DNA from: a virus
Taxonomy: Duplodnaviria > Caudoviricetes
Length of the DNA: 62,116 bases
Virus record (IMG/VR): IMGVR_UViG_3300021420_000004
Span: 1-62,116 of that record
Direction: 5' to 3' (one strand)
The notes under the pieces are model-generated. The model saw only the letters and a program-made list of their open reading frames with translations, did no database searches and was not told where the DNA came from. Every line of letters begins with the position of its first letter. The stretch's first letter is position 1. The translations under genes were made by a program, and so were the position numbers. Positions 27,128-37,022 of this stretch are shown here, piece by piece.

Positions 27128-27484
27128 ATGTCACAAGTCGAAGTAGTCGTCACCGGGACCATCGGTTCCGCGCCACAACCTCTCGTCATCTCACCCACGA
27201 CCTTTACGCTCGATCCGCAGACCGGGGTAGTGCTTCCCGAGACCACTATCGCTACCGTGTCCGGCGGCGTTCCCCCCTATACCTATGCCCTTGATCCAGC
27301 CATCACCACTCCGGGGACTCTGCCCAACGGCCTCGCCCTCGACGAGAATCAAGGCGTGGGGATCATTGGCATCAGTGGCACGCCGACTGATCCAGCGGGC
27401 ACGGCGGTTAATTTCGGCGTGATCGCCACAGACTCACAGGGCGCGACGGCGCAAGCGCAGATTAAGAGCGCGGTGAAGAAATAA
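27128..27484 (+). CDS. Ig-like (He_PIG-type) domain protein, possible capsid decoration
   Basis: SGGVPPYTY..GTLPNGL.L..ISGTPT..F.V.ATDS.G. Confidence 0.75.
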   Translation: MSQVEVVVTGTIGSAPQPLVISPTTFTLDPQTGVVLPETTIATVSGGVPPYTYALDPAITTPGTLPNGLALDENQGVGIIGISGTPTDPAGTAVNFGVIATDSQGATAQAQIKSAVKK

Positions 27485-27497
27485 CTAAGGAGGCGTT

Positions 27498-28325
27498 ATG
27501 ACGTATGCCGAGCTACTGAAATCACAAGGCGCGACCGACGACGATATCAAGATTCTGGCAACTCCCTTGGCCGAGCGCGTCTACGCCAAGCAGCAAGCCG
27601 ACCTCGCCGCTGCAACCGAAGCCGCTGCCAAGGCCACCAAGCAATCCGAAGCCTATCAGAAATGGTACAACGAGCAGGCTCTCCCTTACGTCACTGAGAC
27701 CGAGACTAAGTTGAAGACGACCGAGGCGACTCTCGCGGGAGAACGTGCTCGATTGAAGGCGCTACAGGACGCGGGACTCATCGAAGTCGCAGCGAACGAT
27801 GACGCAGCCAAAGCTGCCGCCGTCGCAGCCGCCGCCAGCGGTGCCCCAACCTTCGACCCAGCGAAATTCGTCCCCCGCGAGCAATTCAACGAACTGGCCG
27901 TCAAAGCCGCCGACTCGATCACCCTGGTCGCCGACCTCGCGCAGGAGCACTCCGCGCTCGGCCTCCCTCTTGTCTCATGGCGCACGCTTAAGACTGAAGC
28001 CTCCGCCGCCGGGCAGGATGTCGAAACCTATTGGAAGGCCAAGTTCGGCGTCGAAGCCGCTCGCGCCGCCAAATCCGCCGCCGCGCAAGCTGAACGCGAT
28101 AAGAAGATCGGCGAGGACGCGGTATCGAAGTGGAAGCAGGAGCATCCGGCGTCCGCCGTCAACCCTGCCCTCGGCTTCGGCTCGCCGTCGTCCAACCCAT
28201 TCACCGGCAAGGTTCCGTCCGCGTCCGACGCGCAGCATCCGTGGAACCGTTCGGACTCCGAGAAGGTCAACTCTCGGATCAACAAAGTTTTGCAGGCACA
28301 CCCGGATATCGCGGGGAACGCATAG
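27498..28325 (+). CDS. capsid scaffolding protein (putative)
   Basis: TAAGGAGG SD; Ala/Lys coiled coil upstream of the capsid gene. Confidence 0.7.
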   Translation: MTYAELLKSQGATDDDIKILATPLAERVYAKQQADLAAATEAAAKATKQSEAYQKWYNEQALPYVTETETKLKTTEATLAGERARLKALQDAGLIEVAANDDAAKAAAVAAAASGAPTFDPAKFVPREQFNELAVKAADSITLVADLAQEHSALGLPLVSWRTLKTEASAAGQDVETYWKAKFGVEAARAAKSAAAQAERDKKIGEDAVSKWKQEHPASAVNPALGFGSPSSNPFTGKVPSASDAQHPWNRSDSEKVNSRINKVLQAHPDIAGNA

Positions 28326-28328
28326 TCC

Positions 28329-28835
28329 ATGAGCGGCGTTTACAAGTCGGCGGGCAGGCGTGGTCAGTGGAAGGCTGAGGAGTTCGATGGCCTCAAACCA
28401 ACTGTCTATGACTGGGTTCGCATGGCCGCGTTCATCGACGGCGAGGGTTGTATTCAAATCAACCCGTATAAGAAGACGCGAAAGGTACAGGTGCGAATCG
28501 TAATTCTCAACACTAACGAGATTCTTCCCCTGTGGTTACAGGAGACGTTTGGTGGGCATATCGTTCCGCGATTCCATAGCAATCCGAAATGGAAAACTTC
28601 CTATACGTGGAGTTGTACGGCTGGACGCGCTTGCTGGATTCTCTATAACTGTTTGCCGTGGTTCTTATTGAAGTCTTCGCAGGCGAAGTTATTGATGGAG
28701 CTTCAGGAACACATCGACTCAAATCACAATGGCAAACATAAAAGAGTGTCTGAAGAGGATTACGCGTATCGTGACGCGATACATTCGGAAATAAAGAAAC
28801 TGAACGCAAAGGGTCCGAGGGTTAAGGAGAACTAA
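28329..28835 (+). mobile_element. free-standing LAGLIDADG homing endonuclease gene
   Basis: MAAFIDGEGCIQI, NTN..L..LQETFGG, PWFLLK..QAKL; lower GC than neighbours. Confidence 0.88.
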
Positions 28836-28837
28836 CT

Positions 28838-30076
28838 ATGAAATTCTTCTCGCGCATTCGAGATTTTAACGATGCTCCGTTTATGGAGCGTCCCGCCGTG
28901 ATGTCGTGGTCCTTTACCGCGACGTTCGTGTCGATTAACCTCACAGCGGACCCAAGCTTCGATCAAATTTCTGCCACTACGTTAGCTGATCTGAAGGACG
29001 ACGTTGTGATAGATAATTTTTTTGTGGACAGTACAACTTTAAGAAAAATGAGAATGTCCGGCGCGCTCGACGACTACGCGGGCGGCACCGCCATGCAGAA
29101 TCCATTCCAGTACAACCGCGTGAACGGCGGAGCCATCGCTCCTGGCACCGACGTGAACGTGTCGCAGGTGCAGATCCTCGCTGCGACCGCCTTCCAGCCC
29201 AAGGAATATCTTGAGCAGATCGGCGTCAACCTTTTCCAGGTCGGCGTCATCAACGCTGGTCCCGCTGGCAAGGTGAAGATCATCGACGCTTACATGACGA
29301 ACGCGGTCCAGTCGCTCAACACCGACCTTGGCATCGACATCTTTCATCACGGACAAAATATCTCCGGCTCGAACCGCATCGTCTACATCAACGGATTCGC
29401 CGAGGCCATGAACGACGGCGTAACGAACTCCTGGGACGGCAACATATTCACTTCCTACGGCGGCCAGACCCGCAACGGCGCGGTTGGCAACACTCTCAAC
29501 TCCGTCCCCATCTGGTTCGGCGATCAGAACGGCAACACGGGCCAGCTCGCCTACAAGCCTCTGGTCGAGATGATCCTCAACTGCGTTCAGCCTCCCGACA
29601 CCGGGATCATGAACAAGGCCGCTTATGCCTACGCGCTCGAACGCCTCGATCCCAAGCAACGCTACGGCGAGGAACAAGATGTCAAAATGGGCGTGACCGG
29701 ATTCCGCGTGATGTCCGTCCTGTTCATGGTGGATAAGCTCTGCCCTTCGACGAAGTACGGTCAGCTCCTCCCGACTGGACTGTCGCAGACGACCGCCGTC
29801 AAGCCTACCACTTTCACTTCGGCGACCTCGGGCATCTCATCCATCTCGAACCTCCCGGCGAACAAGACCATCAGCCCCGGCGAGCCCCTGTTCATCCTCC
29901 GCTCGCAAGGCTGGAAGGTCCGTCCGACCACCGACCCGGAGTACAACTTCAATTTCACCCCGTGGGTCCGGTCGCAGACGAACGCCGATCTGGTCGTGGG
30001 CTTCTTCAAATGCGCCCTGAACGTCTATTGCCTGTCCCCACGCGACAACGGACAGGGGTATGGAATTGGTTTCTAA
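28838..30076 (+). CDS. major capsid protein
   Basis: 412 aa after the scaffold; strong codon bias; DQISATTL..DNFF..GG...NPFQY pattern of podovirus-type capsids. Confidence 0.82.
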   Translation: MKFFSRIRDFNDAPFMERPAVMSWSFTATFVSINLTADPSFDQISATTLADLKDDVVIDNFFVDSTTLRKMRMSGALDDYAGGTAMQNPFQYNRVNGGAIAPGTDVNVSQVQILAATAFQPKEYLEQIGVNLFQVGVINAGPAGKVKIIDAYMTNAVQSLNTDLGIDIFHHGQNISGSNRIVYINGFAEAMNDGVTNSWDGNIFTSYGGQTRNGAVGNTLNSVPIWFGDQNGNTGQLAYKPLVEMILNCVQPPDTGIMNKAAYAYALERLDPKQRYGEEQDVKMGVTGFRVMSVLFMVDKLCPSTKYGQLLPTGLSQTTAVKPTTFTSATSGISSISNLPANKTISPGEPLFILRSQGWKVRPTTDPEYNFNFTPWVRSQTNADLVVGFFKCALNVYCLSPRDNGQGYGIGF

Positions 30077-30085
30077 GGAGACTCT

Positions 30086-30739
30086 ATGGCAGACACTTTC
30101 GTAAAGCCGCCGTTTTACCTTTCGGCCAAGTACCTGAACGATGTCAACGACTCGCTTCAGGGCGGTCAGCTTACCACCATGCCAACGGGGTTCTCCCAGT
30201 ACCAGCAGAACATCCCCGGCGACCGCATTATCCTTGACGACACGACCGCTTATGCGCTGTCGGACACCGCTGTCGGCACACTTTACGGTGGCATCTACAT
30301 GTACGTCAATGTGACGTGGACGACCACGGCGGCGGCGGTCGGTGGGATCGCGTTCTTTACTGGCGCATCGGTTGGCTCCGCAGCGGCATCCGGCGGGCCT
30401 TCAACCGCCTACCAAGTCACCGGAGACGCGCAGGCGACTACCACCCTCCCGGCGATGATCGCGGGGATCTTCATCAACGCCATCACTAAGGCGAACCTCG
30501 GCTGGATTCAGGTTGCGGGCGTGGCGGGGGTCCTCTTCGACTCCACAATTACCTCGACTGTCCTCGGCTCGCTGGTTGTTGCTAAGGCCACCGCCGTCGT
30601 GGCGTCCACCGCCGACAACACCACCACCACGACCATCACGGCGGCTCTAGCAGCGGCCATCATCGGCGTATCGCTGACCACGGTGACCACTTCGACCGTC
30701 GTCAAGGTGGCGATCACCCGAGGCATCAGCCGGATTTAA
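30086..30739 (+). CDS. capsid decoration/cement-like protein
   Basis: Directly after the capsid gene; Thr/Ala-rich; GWIQVAG. Confidence 0.6.
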   Translation: MADTFVKPPFYLSAKYLNDVNDSLQGGQLTTMPTGFSQYQQNIPGDRIILDDTTAYALSDTAVGTLYGGIYMYVNVTWTTTAAAVGGIAFFTGASVGSAAASGGPSTAYQVTGDAQATTTLPAMIAGIFINAITKANLGWIQVAGVAGVLFDSTITSTVLGSLVVAKATAVVASTADNTTTTTITAALAAAIIGVSLTTVTTSTVVKVAITRGISRI

Positions 30740-30748
30740 GGAGACGCA

Positions 30749-31126
30749 ATGGCGAACACGATAGTCTACGGATACCCGCAACCAGTCGGCGCGAAGATTC
30801 AGATGAAGGTGGACCACTATGGTCCTGCCTCCTACGTGCAATACGTCGCCGCGACTGGCGTGGGCGATGTGGTCAATGCCTCCGACGTGGGCGTGGGTGG
30901 ATTCGAGTCCGCAGGCGCGTCGTGGTCTGGTTATTCCAACTCCGGCAACTACATCGTCAACATCAAGCTCAACACGGCCACGCAGACGCAACCAGGGTCA
31001 GCCGTCGCCAAATTCACCGTGCAGTGGTACACGACATCCGCCGCCTTCGGCGCGATCTCAACCGAAGCTAACGCGGCGACCAACCTGTCAGCGGAGTACG
31101 TGCGCCTGACGCTCGACTGTGTGTAG
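30749..31126 (+). CDS. virion structural protein
   Basis: TAAGGAG SD; GPASY...TEANAATNLS. Confidence 0.6.
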   Translation: MANTIVYGYPQPVGAKIQMKVDHYGPASYVQYVAATGVGDVVNASDVGVGGFESAGASWSGYSNSGNYIVNIKLNTATQTQPGSAVAKFTVQWYTTSAAFGAISTEANAATNLSAEYVRLTLDCV

Positions 31127-31150
31127 CGATTGGGGAGCGGTATACTTAAC

Positions 31151-31175
31151 GGCGCGGCTTCGGTCGCGCCTTTTT
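31151..31175 (+). terminator. intrinsic terminator ending the capsid operon
   Basis: GGCGCGGC-TTCG-GTCGCGCC-TTTTT. Confidence 0.9.
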
Positions 31176-31189
31176 AACAGGGATCGGGA

Positions 31190-32206
31190 ATGGCGTTACT
31201 AGACCTTCAGACCGAATTGCGCGGCGCGGTGCCGAAGCTCTCTTTCAACTACACGAAGACGCTCATCAATCGCGCCTACGCCGATCTCCGCCGTCAGAAC
31301 CTTTGGTCGTTCCAACTCTTCGAGGGCCAGTGGATCGCTCCGCCCCAGCTCGCCTCGACCGGCACCGTCACCACCATCCAAGGTTCCTCGTCTGTCACGT
31401 TTGATGCCACCGCTACTGCCGCCATTAACGCCCTCGCTTCTTCCCAGCCATACTCCCTCATCACCCAGCGTCAGTTCCGCATCGCCAGCGGTGGCATCTA
31501 TAATATCTGGGGATGGAATCCCTCAACTGGTGTGGCAACCCTCGACCGTTGGTACGGAGAACCGTCGCTGACCGGAGCCCAGTTCTCGATCTTCCAGTGC
31601 TACTACGTCCCCATCGTCGCCAATTCCCCGATTAAGGACTTCCGCACCTGGATCAGCGTCCGCGACATGCAGGATTTCATCGACCTCTACACCGAACGCT
31701 ACCAGATGCGCGATATTGACGTGCAAGACCCGCAGCGGACTTGGTACGGCATCCCTTCGGATGTGATCCCTTACCAAGATGACCAGAATCCAGCATCGCC
31801 AACCTACGGATCGCTGATGTTTTTCCTGTGGGGGATTCCTACCTTCAACGTGAACTATCAGCTCTATGGCATCCGCTTCGGGCCGGACCTCGCCAAGCCA
31901 ACCGACCAGCTTCCCTATGTGATCGGACAGGATGTCGTGATTGCCCGCGCCAAGTATTACGCCTACGAATGGGCCGAGGCGAACAAGGACCTCACCCCGC
32001 GTAACTCAGGGCCGGATTTCAAATTCCTGATGGGAGCGGCGAACAAGGAATACGACACTCTATTTCGTAAGTACCGTCAGATGGACCGGGATCGAGTTGA
32101 CAACTGGTTCGCCACGCGGACGCGATCCAACTACGCGAAGTGGCTTGCCTTCTATAATACTCAGGGCGGAGTCGCATCACCAGGATTCGCAGGAGTGCAA
32201 TCCTAA
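31190..32206 (+). CDS. head-tail adaptor-like protein
   Basis: LINRAY.DL....WSF; GIPS; DQLPY; position after the capsid module. Confidence 0.6.
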   Translation: MALLDLQTELRGAVPKLSFNYTKTLINRAYADLRRQNLWSFQLFEGQWIAPPQLASTGTVTTIQGSSSVTFDATATAAINALASSQPYSLITQRQFRIASGGIYNIWGWNPSTGVATLDRWYGEPSLTGAQFSIFQCYYVPIVANSPIKDFRTWISVRDMQDFIDLYTERYQMRDIDVQDPQRTWYGIPSDVIPYQDDQNPASPTYGSLMFFLWGIPTFNVNYQLYGIRFGPDLAKPTDQLPYVIGQDVVIARAKYYAYEWAEANKDLTPRNSGPDFKFLMGAANKEYDTLFRKYRQMDRDRVDNWFATRTRSNYAKWLAFYNTQGGVASPGFAGVQS

Positions 32207-33528
32207 TGCAGGCATACTCCAACTTCGCACAGCAAGGAGACGTTTCCGTAGTCACCTCCGGCCTCTCCTCGACCACCGTCGTCGAAGGCTCCTATCCCCT
32301 CTGCTTCGTCTCCGTCTACCTCCACGGCTCCGGCACTCTCGCGTCGATCTACTCCGACAATGGCGTCACTCCGCTCTCGAATCCCTTCACCGCGAACTCG
32401 AACGGTCAATTCACCTTCTACGCGGCGAACAATCGCTATGACGTGACCCTCTCGAACAACTCTGGGTCCGGTCCCGCGTCCCCGATCACGATCCCCGATA
32501 TCCTGCTCAACGATCCCGCAGGCGGCGGTGGCGTCGTCAATTCCGTCTTCGGTCGCAACGGCACCGTCATCGCCCAGACCGGAGACTATAACGTATCGCA
32601 GGTGACAGGCGCGGCTCCTTTAGCCTCGCCCACCTTCACGGGAATCCCCGCTGCCCCGACCGCGACCTTCGGCACTAACACAACGCAGCTTGCCACAACC
32701 GCCTTCGTGCAGGCTGCGTTGCCATCCATCCCGGTCACTTCAGTATTCGGTCGGACAGGAGTGGTCGTCGCGGTCAGCGGAGATTACAACGTCTCTCAGG
32801 TCACCGGGGCCGCGCCGCTTGCTTCCCCCGCGCTGACCGGAGTTCCAACCGCGCCGACGGCAGCCTTTGGCACGAACACGACTCAGCTTGCCACCTGCGC
32901 CTTCGTCCAAGCCAACCTCCCGTTTATCGGCGTGACCAGTTGGAACGCTCGCACGGGCGCGGTCACTCCTCAGACCGGCGATTATACCGTCAGCCAGGTG
33001 ACCGGCGCGGCTCCGCTTGCATCTCCCGCGCTCACTGGCGTCCCTACGGCACCGACCGCCGCGCTCGGAACCAGCACGACGCAGATCGCAACCTGCCAGT
33101 TCGTGCAGCAGACCGGGAACACTCCGGTTCTCTCGGCGTCCGTCACCCTGACCTCCGCTCAGCTCCTTGCGCTCCATGGGACGCCGATCACTCTCGTCCC
33201 AGCCCCCGGCGCGGGCGTCGTCATCTATCCGACGCAGATCGTCCTCGAATATAAATACGGCACTGTTGCGTACACGATCAACGGCGACTCCATCATCCTC
33301 GATTACAACAACGCTGGCTCGGCGCTCAAGCAGACCTTTGCCGAGACCGGATTCTTCGATCAAACCGCGTCTCAGATCGGATTCCTCGATGGAGTGGTGG
33401 CGCGGGCGGCATTGACGGTCGCAGCTAATCAACCGTTCACCATCGGCGCGTCCGGCGGATCGGATATGACTTTAGGAAACGGGACCTTGGTGGTATACAT
33501 CTACTATGCACTCATCACGTTGCAGTGA
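32206..33528 (+). CDS. tail/head fibre protein with three tandem repeats
   Basis: LASIYSD...SNPFTANSNGQF.FYA attachment-like domain; 3x SVFGRTG..GDY.VSQVTGAAPLASP..TG.PTAPTA..GT.TTQLAT. Confidence 0.75.
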   Translation: MQAYSNFAQQGDVSVVTSGLSSTTVVEGSYPLCFVSVYLHGSGTLASIYSDNGVTPLSNPFTANSNGQFTFYAANNRYDVTLSNNSGSGPASPITIPDILLNDPAGGGGVVNSVFGRNGTVIAQTGDYNVSQVTGAAPLASPTFTGIPAAPTATFGTNTTQLATTAFVQAALPSIPVTSVFGRTGVVVAVSGDYNVSQVTGAAPLASPALTGVPTAPTAAFGTNTTQLATCAFVQANLPFIGVTSWNARTGAVTPQTGDYTVSQVTGAAPLASPALTGVPTAPTAALGTSTTQIATCQFVQQTGNTPVLSASVTLTSAQLLALHGTPITLVPAPGAGVVIYPTQIVLEYKYGTVAYTINGDSIILDYNNAGSALKQTFAETGFFDQTASQIGFLDGVVARAALTVAANQPFTIGASGGSDMTLGNGTLVVYIYYALITLQ

Positions 33529-33537
33529 GGAAACTGG

Positions 33538-33975
33538 ATGACCTTGTTATCTCTATGTTGGCTATGGCTCTGGTTCGTGATCGGAGAACTCGTTTACATT
33601 CTCAAACGAGCCTATTACTTGATCACGGGGCCGAACCCTATCGCCAACGATTACAAGCAATTCCTCGACCGCTGTTGGGCACCTCTCTTGGTCCGAGCCA
33701 TCTGCGGAGCGGGGGTCTATTGGCTGACTTTCTATCCCGAGCTTCTAAGTGACGCGTTATCTCTGACCGGGATTAGCTGGAAGATCCACTCCCCGATTCC
33801 TCACTACGCAGTATTCGCGTTGTTCTTCGGACTAGGCGTGGATTCGATCTTGGATTTCGCCGTCAGCAAGATTCCGTATCTCAAGGACTGGCTCCCGCAG
33901 ATGCCACCGCCTCTGCCGAAAGCACAGATAGCAAATCCTCCAGCCCCAGAAGATCGGAAAGCGGAGGGAGCGTAG
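33538..33975 (+). CDS. multi-pass membrane protein (holin candidate)
   Basis: About three hydrophobic segments and a Pro/charged tail. Confidence 0.55.
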   Translation: MTLLSLCWLWLWFVIGELVYILKRAYYLITGPNPIANDYKQFLDRCWAPLLVRAICGAGVYWLTFYPELLSDALSLTGISWKIHSPIPHYAVFALFFGLGVDSILDFAVSKIPYLKDWLPQMPPPLPKAQIANPPAPEDRKAEGA

Positions 33976-33997
33976 GCTCTGGCCGGAAGGACGAACA

Positions 33998-34522
33998 ATG
34001 TGGACGCAAATAACCGACTGGTTTGGGAACTCAACTCTGATTCATTACGGTTCATTGCTGGCGCTCTTAGCTGGCTATGGTTTCGTTCTGCTGCGCGTCA
34101 TGACGCTCTGCGTAAGGATGTGGAGGAACTTAAAGGGAAAGTCGCCTTTCTGGAAGCTACCCATCCCAATCCTATACGTAAGACTATTGACTGAGTTTCA
34201 CGGAGTCTCGCTAGTGCTGGTGAGCCTGATCGGATTCGTGGCTGGGTCCTCGGTGACTTATTCCTATATGAACACGCAGCGCATCGACCGCGAACGCGGG
34301 CCTTACAAGATCAAGGTGCTGGAGCGATATGATCCCTACCACGCCCTCGCGCAGAAGCTCGGCGATCCGCGAGAGTTTCGGTTCGCCACCTGCACGCACG
34401 AGCCTGCGCCAGCGTTCGACGCGGGGCATATCTACGAGGTCCAGTTCGAGATCGCCAGCAACGAGGACGGCGAATGCAACACATTCACAGGCCCGAACGG
34501 GCACTTTGAGGAGGAGCGATAA
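33998..34522 (+). CDS. membrane protein
   Basis: Two hydrophobic segments plus a soluble C-terminal domain. Confidence 0.55.
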   Translation: MWTQITDWFGNSTLIHYGSLLALLAGYGFVLLRVMTLCVRMWRNLKGKSPFWKLPIPILYVRLLTEFHGVSLVLVSLIGFVAGSSVTYSYMNTQRIDRERGPYKIKVLERYDPYHALAQKLGDPREFRFATCTHEPAPAFDAGHIYEVQFEIASNEDGECNTFTGPNGHFEEER

Positions 34523-34737
34523 TGGCAACCTACGAGGAAGCGATCACCGCAGTCACCGAGGGCGTAGAAGGCGAGCCGCAATACGCCTACCGGAATGCAT
34601 GGGCGAATCCGGTTGAGTACATCGGCCTGAATGGGTCCACAATCTACGTGTATCCGCAAGATGAGCAATATGAGGCATCGCAAGCGGACAAGGAAGCGAC
34701 AGACTGGTCGTATAACGGGGATTTACCGCCCCGGTAA
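34522..34737 (+). CDS. Tad2/DUF2829-like small protein
   Basis: TYEEAITAVTEG..AYRNAW..YEASQADKEATDW parallels F..A......G..R..W...SQ.D.LA.DW. Confidence 0.6.
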   Translation: MATYEEAITAVTEGVEGEPQYAYRNAWANPVEYIGLNGSTIYVYPQDEQYEASQADKEATDWSYNGDLPPR

Positions 34738-34748
34738 AAGGAGAAACC

Positions 34749-34922
34749 ATGATTTCAACTATCTTGCTCGTGTTCGCATTCGTGCTGGCCGTGCTTGCGG
34801 TATTTGTCGGCCCCTACGCCCCATCCCCCAACTTCCGCTGGCATTTGGGCTGGGCAAGTCTGGCGTGCTACTTCTTGAGCCTTTTGCTTGGGAGTTGGGG
34901 CTTGGCGCATCCCCTGCGATGA
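34749..34922 (+). CDS. two-TM small membrane protein (holin-like, 57 aa, not in ORF track)
   Basis: AAGGAG SD; MISTILLVFAFVLAVLAVF...WHLGWASLACYFLSLLL. Confidence 0.65.
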   Translation: MISTILLVFAFVLAVLAVFVGPYAPSPNFRWHLGWASLACYFLSLLLGSWGLAHPLR

Positions 34923-34923
34923 C

Positions 34924-35214
34924 ATGGGCGACCGCGATATCGAGCACCTTCGCAGGGAGTTGATGCTTGAGATCGCAATCGTCAAGCAAGCGTTGACTGC
35001 ACACTCGAATCAGGATGACATTCGGCACTTAGGCGAGGAGAAGGCGATACAACTAGCCGAGCAGGATATCAGCCGACGATTGCAAGAGATGAACCAGTTC
35101 CGGGCGCAGATTTCTGACGAGCGCCGGACGTTTGTAACATGGGGGGCACTGGCCGGAGTGCTGGCGAGCTTGGTGGCTGTTGCCACTCTGGTTCTGCTGT
35201 ATTTTAAGAAATGA
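34924..35214 (+). CDS. coiled-coil protein with C-terminal TM helix
   Basis: RRLQEMNQFRAQI then a hydrophobic tail ending KK. Confidence 0.6.
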   Translation: MGDRDIEHLRRELMLEIAIVKQALTAHSNQDDIRHLGEEKAIQLAEQDISRRLQEMNQFRAQISDERRTFVTWGALAGVLASLVAVATLVLLYFKK

Positions 35215-35344
35215 ATGAAGCCCAATTACGCAAGGAGATCGCGCGATTGAAACGGCATCAACAAGTCGAAACGGATTCGGTGCTCCTGCTTGCCATAAAG
35301 TACCGCATCAAGGAACTGGAAAAAGAGTTGGAGAAATTGCAACA

Positions 35345-35992
35345 ATGATCTACCAAAACATCGAGAATGGATTTACTCAGTGTCATAACGGCGTCCAGGG
35401 CGCAGGCGGATGCCCTGCCAAGACCGCACTCTCGTTGCCGATTGGCAACGGACGGCTGTTTACCATCCAAGGCGCAACTCAGCCTACCAATGCTAACGTG
35501 CTCTGGTATCAAAAACTTCCTCCCTCCGTCAGCGCGACTCACTTCATGCTTGAATATGATCTCGGCGTTGACTCGAACGCGAGCAGTGTATGGGCGCGAG
35601 AGCGGGATTGGTGGAGATTCCTTAAAGGCATGGCGGCTAATTTTGCCTGTCAGTTGCTCAAGAAGGCTGTCGGCTATGAATTGGATATCTCCAACCAGAA
35701 CAATGGTTGGGTGAATACAGGATGGACAGTTCCAGAGCTTGCATCTGGGGCCATGCACCACTTTACGCACATCGGCTCTGTAGACGATATCAATGAGACC
35801 TATTCTTATGAGTTGATTGTGATTGACGGAATAGGCTACCCGATTCCTGTAGCCTTGCAGAACCTCAAGATGACAAATATGGGATGGCCGGACGGTCTGT
35901 ATCCGCAGTTCCAACAGGACTTGGACGGAGCGCAGAATCAGAATTTGGGATTCTCGGAGTTCGTTACAGGGATGAACTTGATAGCATGGTAA
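35345..35992 (+). CDS. hypothetical beta-rich (possibly lectin-like) protein
   Basis: 215 aa, aromatic/Asn-rich; PQFQQDLDG. Confidence 0.55.
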   Translation: MIYQNIENGFTQCHNGVQGAGGCPAKTALSLPIGNGRLFTIQGATQPTNANVLWYQKLPPSVSATHFMLEYDLGVDSNASSVWARERDWWRFLKGMAANFACQLLKKAVGYELDISNQNNGWVNTGWTVPELASGAMHHFTHIGSVDDINETYSYELIVIDGIGYPIPVALQNLKMTNMGWPDGLYPQFQQDLDGAQNQNLGFSEFVTGMNLIAW

Positions 35993-36255
35993 GCGCCTTC
36001 TCCAACTTCATCGCCCGCATGGGCCAGAACATTCAGTTCGTGGCGTTCTTCGCCCATGCCGGAGTAGCCGCGTTAGTCGTCGAGCACTCTCCGCATCGCT
36101 GGATCGTAGCGGGGGCTGTGATGGTCGCTGGGGGGATCAAAGAATACTGGTTCGATGCCCGAGACGAGACCGATCCGCCGCAAACCTTCTGGGACAACAC
36201 GGAGGACTTTGTAGGATGGACTACCGGCGCGATCCTTGGAGCGTTCCTCGCATGA
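35986..36255 (+). CDS. small membrane protein
   Basis: FFAH...GGIKEYWFD...DFVGWTTG. Confidence 0.6.
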   Translation: MVSAFSNFIARMGQNIQFVAFFAHAGVAALVVEHSPHRWIVAGAVMVAGGIKEYWFDARDETDPPQTFWDNTEDFVGWTTGAILGAFLA

Positions 36256-36656
36256 TTACCTCAGACCGCAGCACTTGGCCGACCGGCGACCGCCTCTGGC
36301 AGATCGCCCAAGCCATCGCCATCGCGGAAGGTTACAACCTCCCCACGTCGAATCCATTCCGGCTCAACAATCCCGGCGACCTCTCCGACGGCTTTGACCA
36401 ATTTGGCGGCGAGCCTCACTCTGGCTCCAACGTCACCTGCTTCCCTAATGCCGAAACCGGCTGGCAATGGCTATACAACAAACTTTCCCGTATCGCTCAG
36501 GGGAAATCGGCTGTATACTCTCCCCAAATGACGTGGACCGAATTAGCAAAGAAATGGGCTGGAAACTGGATAGTCTGGGTAGCGAACGTAACCAAGGAAC
36601 TCGGCGTATCGCCGGATTCTACTTTTGCGGAGTACGTCCAAGGAGGACAATCATGA
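36252..36656 (+). CDS. lysozyme-like peptidoglycan hydrolase (endolysin candidate)
   Basis: AIAIAEG..RLNNPGDL..F...ETGW..L..KWA..WVANV..LGVSPD. Confidence 0.7.
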   Translation: MITSDRSTWPTGDRLWQIAQAIAIAEGYNLPTSNPFRLNNPGDLSDGFDQFGGEPHSGSNVTCFPNAETGWQWLYNKLSRIAQGKSAVYSPQMTWTELAKKWAGNWIVWVANVTKELGVSPDSTFAEYVQGGQS

Positions 36657-37012
36657 AAAGATTTCTGATCGCGCCACTATTGGTATGGTGTCTATCAATG
36701 ATCGCCTGCGAATCACTGGAACAGCAAGCCAGAGATACCGCAGCCGCTCTCGGCGGAGCTATCGCAGCCGCGCAGACACAGTATCAATCCGCTTGCACCA
36801 CCACTCCAACCGCTACGGCTTGCACGCTTATCAACAAGGCTGTCGCCGCGCAGAACGCTCTTGTTACCGCAGACGAAGCCTATTGTGGATTCAGCCCTGG
36901 AACGCCGCTTACTACCACCTGCACCCCGGTAAAGTCCGCTCAAGGGGCGCTGTCGGCTGCGATCTCAAACGCGACTCCATTCGTCACTGAACTCAAAGCG
37001 ATAATCCAGTAA
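36653..37012 (+). CDS. lipoprotein (spanin-like candidate)
   Basis: MKRFLIAPLLVWCLSMIA|C lipobox; follows the endolysin candidate. Confidence 0.65.
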   Translation: MKRFLIAPLLVWCLSMIACESLEQQARDTAAALGGAIAAAQTQYQSACTTTPTATACTLINKAVAAQNALVTADEAYCGFSPGTPLTTTCTPVKSAQGALSAAISNATPFVTELKAIIQ

Positions 37013-37022
37013 AGGAGAAACC

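Noticed and set aside
28329-28835. Group I intron or intein around the LAGLIDADG gene
   Set aside because: Both flanking genes are complete, and spacers of 2-3 nt leave no room for a ribozyme core
32530-33115. Diversity-generating retroelement template/variable repeats
   Set aside because: These are in-frame fibre repeats with general divergence; no reverse transcriptase seen
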